A stretch of DNA of 64,000 bases from Candidatus Latescibacterota bacterium (GTDB lineage Bacteria; Latescibacterota; UBA2968; GCA-2709665). Within the stretch, counting starts at the first letter, position 1; the number at the start of each line of letters is the position of its first letter. The notes beneath the pieces were generated by a model. That model worked only from the letters and a program-made list of their open reading frames with translations, was not told the origin of the DNA and did no database searches. Location: positions 4,096,001 to 4,160,000 of the forward strand of contig OZ250150.1 of NCBI GenBank assembly GCA_965237675.1, written 5' to 3'. Position numbers and translations under genes: made by a program. Shown piece by piece: positions 57,315 to 64,000 of the stretch.

Positions 57315-58370
57315 TCATATGCGTCGTCCACGCTTATGCAGGTCCGATGCCTTACGTACTCCCCTCAGGAAATATCGAATGCCGACCACACCGCGGTACA
57401 TTTTCCCGATGATCTCCGCGTCCTTGACCACGCGCACCCGTTGCGCGTTTCTTCGTCGACGCAGTATCGCCGTTGGATGAAACATCACCCAACATAGGCC
57501 ACATAGCGCCGCGGCGGGTCGTCTCCAGTCACGCTTCACAATCCCGAGCAGCAGGGTGCTCATCTCCATCAAGACCCTCGCCGGAAACACCCAGGCCAAC
57601 GTAAGCGCGGACAGATTCTTCAAGACCATAACCAGTTGATTCCTATGGTTCAGATACGCCTTTTGAAAACCCTTGGCATCCAGGGTCCAACCCCCATAGT
57701 GATAGACCATGGACTCTGGAACGGAAATCACCCGGTATCCAACCAGATGAAAGCGCCAGCATAGATCAATTTCCTCCATGTGCATATAAAACCCTTCGTC
57801 CATGCGTCCGGTTTCCCGGAGACACCGCATCCGCAGGAACATGGCGCCCCCTACCGCCCAGAAAATCTCCTGAGAACGATCGTACTGGCCTCGATCTTCC
57901 TCGACCGTTTCAAACAACCGGCCCAGACAGAACGTGTATCCAAGCATGTCCATCATCCCGCCCGCCGCGCCTCCGTAGTCGAATTTCTCACGTTGACGAA
58001 GCGACCTCACCTTGGGCTGGCAAACCCCTACCCGCGGGTCGGCTTCCATTGCAGCCACCAGCGGCGCCAACCAGTCTTCGGTGACTTCGACGTCGTTATT
58101 CAACAACATTGCATATTCTCCGCGAGCAGCCTCGAGCCCCCGGTTACACCCCGCCCCCATACCTTTCCCGCCACCCACGTTAACGACCCGAATTTCGGGA
58201 AACCGGGCCTGGGCGCGTTGCAAGCTTCCGTCGTCGTGCGGCCTGTCGTCGGCGACAATCACCTCAAACGGCACACCTGTTGTTCTCTCGTACAGGAATT
58301 CCAGACACGTAAGGAGAATATCTCCCAGGAAATGTGGCACAATCACAGACACCAGGGGCTCACGGACCAT
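57315..58370 (-). CDS. GT2 family glycosyltransferase
   Basis: VSVIVP, LLNNDVEV, DYGGAAGG, W..GA, EEIDLCWR. Confidence 0.92.
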   Translation of the reverse strand: MVREPLVSVIVPHFLGDILLTCLEFLYERTTGVPFEVIVADDRPHDDGSLQRAQARFPEIRVVNVGGGKGMGAGCNRGLEAARGEYAMLLNNDVEVTEDWLAPLVAAMEADPRVGVCQPKVRSLRQREKFDYGGAAGGMMDMLGYTFCLGRLFETVEEDRGQYDRSQEIFWAVGGAMFLRMRCLRETGRMDEGFYMHMEEIDLCWRFHLVGYRVISVPESMVYHYGGWTLDAKGFQKAYLNHRNQLVMVLKNLSALTLAWVFPARVLMEMSTLLLGIVKRDWRRPAAALCGLCWVMFHPTAILRRRRNAQRVRVVKDAEIIGKMYRGVVGIRYFLRGVRKASDLHKRGRRI

Positions 58371-60825
58371 CGATTGCCTCTTGATGTTTAACCCTCTGCC
58401 GCAGTGTTTCCAACGCCCGCGCGACCTCCCGATCGCCGGGGGTCATCCGTAAGAGCAACTCCAGGTCGGCGGCGGCTCCCGCAAGGTCTCCGATACGTTC
58501 CTTGCAAGCGGCCCGATTGAATAGCGCCCGCTCGACCTTTATTTTGCCGTCGATCATCCTGTTGTAAAGCCCTATTGCCGCATCGTAACGGCCAATCTGC
58601 ATCTGCAATTCCGCCACGGTGCCCAGACGCGTTTCTTCGTCGATCCGGTACGAATCCAGCACTTTATTCAGCAATCGCTGCGTCTCCTTCGGCCGATTCA
58701 ATCGATGCATAAACGACGCCATCAACACAAAGCCCTGCCAATGCTCCGGCGGCAGCGCGCGCCGCTCGCAGAACCGCAAGACCTCGTAGGCGCCATCCCG
58801 GTTACCCGCTTCGGACATCGCCTCCGCAAGGTACAGGAACACCGCCGGATAATTAACAAGCAGGTTCCGTGCGGTCCGGTTGCGATGCACGTCGGGGTCA
58901 GACACCCCCCGGTACTGATAGAGGTCCAGCAAGTGTCTGCTGGTTTGTTGAACGTGAATAGGTACGCCGTTCCGCCGCGTCAGACGAAACACCATACCCT
59001 CCATCTGCAGGTTATCTCTCAGTCCCATCCTGTTTTCATCCGGCACGGTCAGCGCGAAATAAACCGGTCTGGCCCAGTTGTTCCAATCTACTATCTTTAA
59101 TACCATAACGTCCTGGACGCGCAACAACCCGCCCGGCATTGCCCGTACCGTCCATTCCAGCCCGGCCGCCTTCACGTCACGGGCCTCAGGCCAGTATCGA
59201 CCGGACTGCATCACCGCAGTCCGCGAATGAACCGTCAATACGTGATCGATATACTCATCCGTATAGCGGATGGGCACCCTAGGCGCCAGATCCCTCAACT
59301 GCTTTATGTACCAGGGGGTATTGAGCAGGCTCAGGTTTACGACGCGCACATCCTTTCGGAGGCCCATCACTTCCTGTTGGAACCAGAGTGGAAAACTATC
59401 GTTGTCCGCATTCGTAAAAAGGATCGCGCCAGGGTCGCACGAATTCAGAATATTCGCGGCGTAGTCGTATGCAAACCAGTTGCCGGTCCGGTCGTGCGTG
59501 GGGTACAGGCTTGCAGCCAACCCGACCGGCATCGCAAACAGGAGGCAGGCAGCGACGACGGCCGGACTCCTGCCGCGAAGCCGTAACGCCCCTCGCATAA
59601 CCACCGCCGCCGCGATGCCCATCCAGACGGAGAACAACCCGAAGGAACCCACAAACACGTAGTCTCGTTCCCGCGGCTGCGGGTCATCCATGTTGAGATA
59701 TACGGAAAGTCCGATGCCCGAAAGCACAAAGAGTGCGGCCATCGCCCAGAAGCGCCTGCGGTCCCGTCGCCAGTGTTCCCACATGCCCCAGCACCCCAGG
59801 AGATACGGAATAATTGAAATACGCACGAAATGGACGTCGTAAGACGTCGCCTGTCGAAATGCGTCTGATACGTAACGCAGCCCCGGCGCCGGAAACTGCG
59901 CGAGGAAGTATTTGACGTACATCGTCCATATTTGAAAATCCCAGAATGCCGCCTTACGGTCGAATACACCCAGCAGCATACTTTCCGCCCCGTACTGTTC
60001 CCGGCCCAGAAACTTGATAAAATTAGCCCATGTCTCCGGATTATTCTCGTCGATCACAGGATTCAACCCGGACCGGATATAGAGAGACGCGTAGGTCGAA
60101 TACCCCGCCACAAACAAGAGCAACGCATATACCCAGATCCTCGGGTCTCGCAATATCTCCGGCTTCCGAAACCAGATCAACATCAACAACGTGGGAACCG
60201 TCAATAAACACAGCAGGTGGACGCCGCCAGCAAGCCCCATCAGATAGGCGACAAAATACAGAATTCGCAGGCTGTTCGCATCTCCGGCGCGTTCCATCCA
60301 CCTCAAGCCCAGCCACATGGCCAGCGTCATCAGCATCGTTGAGAACCCATACACCTCGGTCTCTACGGCGTTGTACCAAAAGGCATCCGAAAACGCCAGC
60401 ATCAGGGCAGCCACAACCCCCCCGACCATACCCGATACGCGGCGTATGTTCCCATCGCCGTCTCCCCAACCCAGCAGGATCAGCCGTACCGTTATCAGAT
60501 ATACGAACAGCACGGCGAGCGCGCTCGTGATTGCAGAAATGAGGTTCACCGGGAATGCGGGGTCCTCTCCGACCGGCAACATCGTAAACAGGCGTCCGAT
60601 CAGCAAATACAGCGGCGCGCCCGGCGGATGCGGAATGCCCAACGTAAACGCGCATGCGACAAACTCTCCGGAGTCCCAAAACGATACGGTCGGCGCCGCT
60701 GTCTTGATAAACACCCCCAACGAAATCAGAAACACCCCTGCGGCGCCAAAGCGAGTCAGGGCACACCCGGCCGCCGAATCCTTCTCCATACGTTCACCGA
60801 GTCGTAAGATGCCCGTTCGTTTCAT
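58360..60825 (-). CDS. DUF2723 (TMEM260-like GT-C) membrane protein with C-terminal TPRs
   Basis: PTVSFWDSGEF, GIPHPPGAP, AVETEVY, REQYG, RERDY, DNDSFPLW, NLSLLNTPWY, TPR tail. Confidence 0.88.
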   Translation of the reverse strand: MKRTGILRLGERMEKDSAAGCALTRFGAAGVFLISLGVFIKTAAPTVSFWDSGEFVACAFTLGIPHPPGAPLYLLIGRLFTMLPVGEDPAFPVNLISAITSALAVLFVYLITVRLILLGWGDGDGNIRRVSGMVGGVVAALMLAFSDAFWYNAVETEVYGFSTMLMTLAMWLGLRWMERAGDANSLRILYFVAYLMGLAGGVHLLCLLTVPTLLMLIWFRKPEILRDPRIWVYALLLFVAGYSTYASLYIRSGLNPVIDENNPETWANFIKFLGREQYGAESMLLGVFDRKAAFWDFQIWTMYVKYFLAQFPAPGLRYVSDAFRQATSYDVHFVRISIIPYLLGCWGMWEHWRRDRRRFWAMAALFVLSGIGLSVYLNMDDPQPRERDYVFVGSFGLFSVWMGIAAAVVMRGALRLRGRSPAVVAACLLFAMPVGLAASLYPTHDRTGNWFAYDYAANILNSCDPGAILFTNADNDSFPLWFQQEVMGLRKDVRVVNLSLLNTPWYIKQLRDLAPRVPIRYTDEYIDHVLTVHSRTAVMQSGRYWPEARDVKAAGLEWTVRAMPGGLLRVQDVMVLKIVDWNNWARPVYFALTVPDENRMGLRDNLQMEGMVFRLTRRNGVPIHVQQTSRHLLDLYQYRGVSDPDVHRNRTARNLLVNYPAVFLYLAEAMSEAGNRDGAYEVLRFCERRALPPEHWQGFVLMASFMHRLNRPKETQRLLNKVLDSYRIDEETRLGTVAELQMQIGRYDAAIGLYNRMIDGKIKVERALFNRAACKERIGDLAGAAADLELLLRMTPGDREVARALETLRQRVKHQEAIDGP

Positions 60826-61044
60826 GTCGATCGCTCAGATTTCGAATCCAATTGCATCGCGTGCTGTATCCATTTCTTCGAACACACACCAACACCCGTC
60901 CGTATAATCAGAGAACGCCGATCGAATGGCCGGAACGACCGGCCGACCTGGTGTTCGGACGTCGGCAACAACCTATCCACAGTCCTTCTTGCGGTTGCGT
61001 TCGAGAACGCTCCCGTTCTGTAGACGCCCCGAGACGGACCCGGT

Positions 61045-62535
61045 TCAATGGGCATCGAGGGAATCGACGTCGCCGGGTTCCATCGTGCGCGCGACAGATG
61101 CAACCTCGTTGACCGCGTTTTCGTACGTCGACAACTGCCTTCCACGTTGTCGGGTGTCTTCGGTCGCTTCAATGACCCTCATCGACTTCCACTTGCCGCC
61201 CCGGAAACGGAACATAAATATAAATCCACCAGCGACAATATAAAGGCAGATGAATATCCATGCCACGTAAAGGCCCCACTTGAAAGTCACTATCGAAAGG
61301 TAGGTGGGCAAAACCATCAGCAGCCAGCCCAGCGCGACGGATGTGAGCATGACAAACCGCGTATCTCCGGCACCCTTCACGCCGGCAGCGAAGACGATGT
61401 AGAGCGCATCGAACACACAATAAAACGCAACAAATCGTAACAGCACAACGGACATATCCCAGACCCGCTCGAACGCCTCCGGATCGGCACCGGAAATATA
61501 GGGTTTCAAAAATAGACCCGGCACAAAAACATATCCAGCCGCCATTGCCAGCATATACGCCAGGCTGAGATGTACCGCGGACCAGGTACTGCGCTCCGCC
61601 AGGTCCGCTCTGCCCTTGCCGAGGTGTTGTCCGACAAGCGTGGAGACCGCGATGCCCAGCCCCATCATTGGGAGGAAAGCGAGCGTATTGATATTAAACG
61701 TCACACTCGTGGCCGCCAATGCCGTGGTGCCCAGTTTCCCCACCAGGAGGATGAACATGGAAAAGCCCAGAATCTCGAGCATAAACTGTACACCGTTCGG
61801 TAACCCGAAACGCACAAGCCGGCTCAACAACTGCCCGTCCGGACGCCAACCACTCATGGTGTGAAGTGAGTCGCGGTATTTGGGACGCATCATCAGGATG
61901 AAGAACACGACCGGTATCAGGAGGTGCGATACCACCGTCGCCCATGCCGCGCCGCGAATCCCCCATTCCGGGAACCCGAAATGACCGAATATCCACGCAT
62001 AGTCCAGGATGATATTCAGCCCGTTCGCAAGAAAATTCACCCACATCACCGTCCGTGTATCCCCTCTTCCGCTGAAAAAGGATGACAGCGCGACCCCCGT
62101 GATGCCCGGCCCCATAAAACATAAAATCCTGAAATACTCGGCCTCCAGCGCGCGTACCTGCGGTTCGTGCCCGGCCCATTCAAAGAAGCGTTCGGAAAAC
62201 GGTATCAGACATAGGATGAACACTCCGGAGGCCAATCCAAGGTATATCCCCTGCCACACAGCCGGGCCTACCCGATCTGGCCGTTCCGCCCCCCAATACT
62301 GGGCGACGAACGTATTCACGTAGGCAACCGTTCCGATAAACAAGCTGGAGAACGTGAAGTGCAACATTCCTGCCGGCAGACACGCCGCGAGCACGTCCCG
62401 CCCGTACCAGCTCAAGAATACCCTGTCCACGAAAATCTGGAGGCTCCACGACCCCGTGCTCAGAATGAGAGGCGCCGCCATCCGCAACACGTCCTTATAG
62501 CCACCCTGTTCCTGCCAACGTGAGATCATGGACAC
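61045..62535 (-). CDS. MATE family efflux transporter
   Basis: 12 TM pattern, GDTRTVM..N..N..LDY..IFG..GFPE.GI.GAAWAT, GAGDT, RFRGGKWK. Confidence 0.93.
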   Translation of the reverse strand: MSMISRWQEQGGYKDVLRMAAPLILSTGSWSLQIFVDRVFLSWYGRDVLAACLPAGMLHFTFSSLFIGTVAYVNTFVAQYWGAERPDRVGPAVWQGIYLGLASGVFILCLIPFSERFFEWAGHEPQVRALEAEYFRILCFMGPGITGVALSSFFSGRGDTRTVMWVNFLANGLNIILDYAWIFGHFGFPEWGIRGAAWATVVSHLLIPVVFFILMMRPKYRDSLHTMSGWRPDGQLLSRLVRFGLPNGVQFMLEILGFSMFILLVGKLGTTALAATSVTFNINTLAFLPMMGLGIAVSTLVGQHLGKGRADLAERSTWSAVHLSLAYMLAMAAGYVFVPGLFLKPYISGADPEAFERVWDMSVVLLRFVAFYCVFDALYIVFAAGVKGAGDTRFVMLTSVALGWLLMVLPTYLSIVTFKWGLYVAWIFICLYIVAGGFIFMFRFRGGKWKSMRVIEATEDTRQRGRQLSTYENAVNEVASVARTMEPGDVDSLDAH

Positions 62536-62768
62536 CTCATCGGAACCGGACCTCGGCCCGTACGACGACCCACCCGGTACGCCGGACGGGTAGCCTGCAC
62601 GGCGTGGACGTCACGAGGACGCAATCTTACTCGGCATAATCGGCATGGTGCGCTTGCGGCGAATGTCCGCCTGAGCCATTTTTCTCTTGTCCGGTGATGG
62701 CGCCATTGGTAGATTCGCAGACCGGCCCGGGTCACCCAGCGTATTGTTTCACATCGAAGGTCAAACAC

Positions 62769-64000
62769 ATGACATACGACGTCGTCGTCATCGGAGGAGG
62801 CAGCGCGGGTTACGCCGCCGCACGTGTCGCCGCAGACAGAGGCGCAAACGTCGCCATTGTGGACAAAGGACCACTCGGCGGTCTGTGCATCCTGCGCGGC
62901 TGCATGCCCTCCAAGACACTACTGCGCAGTTCCGATCTTTTCTCGCTGATGCAACGGGCCGGAGAGTTCGGCCTGAATGCCCGGGACATATCGCCGGATC
63001 TGGCCGCCATCAACGACCGAAAACGTGCACTCGTCGACGAATTTGCGGAATACAGGGTCGATCAACTCAACAGTTCGAGATTCACACTGATAAGCGGCCG
63101 AGCCCGGTTCGAAACCCCGCACTCCGTACGCGTCGGCTCAAAAAGGATCTCCGGACGGAGTTTTGTTATCGCCGTGGGCTCCGTTGTCAATCGGATCCCC
63201 ATACCCGGGCTTGAAAATGCCGGCTACCTCACCAGCGACGACATCCTGGAACTCCGAGAACTTCCCGAATCCGTCATTGTGATGGGCGGAGGCGCCGTAG
63301 CGACCGAACTGGGCCAATTTCTGTGCCGGATGGGTGCCTGCACCACACTGATACAGAGGAATAGACAGCTCATCAGCGCCTGTGATCCGGACATGGTTCT
63401 GCCCGTGGAATCCCGATTCAGAGAAGAAGGAATGCGGGTCTATACCGATACACAACTCCAACGCTTCACCCGCAGGAACGGGCGTATCACTGCACAATTT
63501 CTGCATCACGGAAAAATGCGCACGGCCTCGGCCGAGGTCGTCTTCAACGCAATGGGCCGTATTCCGGACCTGGCCGACCTGGAACTGGAACGCGCAGGCG
63601 TCAACGTTGAAGACGGACGAATTGCCGCAAACGATCGGATGCAGACCAGCGCGGAACACATCTACGCCGCAGGAGACTGTGTGGGTCCGTACGAAATCGT
63701 ACATATTGCGGTGCTGCAGGGTGAAATCTCCGGTCATAATGCCGTAGCGGGAAAGCCGGTGAAAACGATCGACTATCGACTTCGAACGTCAGTCGTATTC
63801 ACCGACCCTCAGGTGGCCTCTGTCGGCCCGACCGAAAGAGAATGCCGGGCAGCCGGCGTTGCATACCTTTCGGGCAAATATCCGTTCAGCGATCACGGTA
63901 AGTCGATGGTGATGGGAGAAACGCATGGCGCTGTCAAGATCCTATGCGATCCCGGCAGCGGGGAGCTTATTGCCGGTCATATAACGGGCCCCGACGCTTC
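62769..64000 (+). CDS. Pyridine nucleotide-disulfide oxidoreductase (dihydrolipoamide dehydrogenase / mercuric reductase-like), 3' truncated
   Basis: Manual translation gives MTYDVVVIGGGSAG..GGLCILRGCMPSK..GGGAVATE..IYAAGD..FTDPQVA. Confidence 0.88.
   Translation, partial: MTYDVVVIGGGSAGYAAARVAADRGANVAIVDKGPLGGLCILRGCMPSKTLLRSSDLFSLMQRAGEFGLNARDISPDLAAINDRKRALVDEFAEYRVDQLNSSRFTLISGRARFETPHSVRVGSKRISGRSFVIAVGSVVNRIPIPGLENAGYLTSDDILELRELPESVIVMGGGAVATELGQFLCRMGACTTLIQRNRQLISACDPDMVLPVESRFREEGMRVYTDTQLQRFTRRNGRITAQFLHHGKMRTASAEVVFNAMGRIPDLADLELERAGVNVEDGRIAANDRMQTSAEHIYAAGDCVGPYEIVHIAVLQGEISGHNAVAGKPVKTIDYRLRTSVVFTDPQVASVGPTERECRAAGVAYLSGKYPFSDHGKSMVMGETHGAVKILCDPGSGELIAGHITGPDA

Noticed and set aside
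62769-64000. merA call
   Set aside because: No NmerA domain or mer genes are nearby, and the C-terminal Cys pair would lie outside the window.
1-64000. CRISPR array, tRNA/rRNA, prophage, transposase, Sec/Pyl recoding
   Set aside because: By eye I found no regularly spaced repeats, cloverleaf signatures, phage or transposase ORFs, or genes interrupted by in-frame stops. A tRNAscan/Infernal run would be needed to exclude them fully.

Overview
A 64 kb GC-rich bacterial chromosomal segment from a diderm. A secreted cohesin-like protein with an NPFNP..WDG..SGIY C-terminal domain and expanded TIM-barrel, amidohydrolase, PhyH and CehA families suggest the FCB group, possibly Latescibacterota-like (inference). 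Housekeeping blocks are dtxR-like/feoA/feoB, tamA-tamB, clpB with a sigma54-type promoter, a lysine riboswitch with asd, purN-purC-mreB-mreC, galU, ccsA-sirC-hemA-hemC-cobA/hemD, anmK, GT2 with DUF2723, a MATE transporter and a truncated lpd-like gene. They are interleaved with uncharacterised catabolic genes. The strongest observations are: (1) a 900-aa internally duplicated UxaA/GarD dehydratase whose halves keep complementary catalytic motifs; (2) a minus-strand catabolic run at ~24.5-39.6 kb with two CehA/McbA-like paralogs, an active plus apparently dead CE7 esterase pair, a transglutaminase-like protein and a PLP enzyme; (3) a DtxR regulator with a FeoC-like 4-Cys tail and a clear operator palindrome; (4) a lipoprotein-type Pcm next to an exported triple-thioredoxin/GILT-like protein; (5) a MITE-like element and several REP-like hairpins. 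I saw no tRNA, rRNA, CRISPR array or transposase. All calls come from motif recognition by eye; no searches were run.
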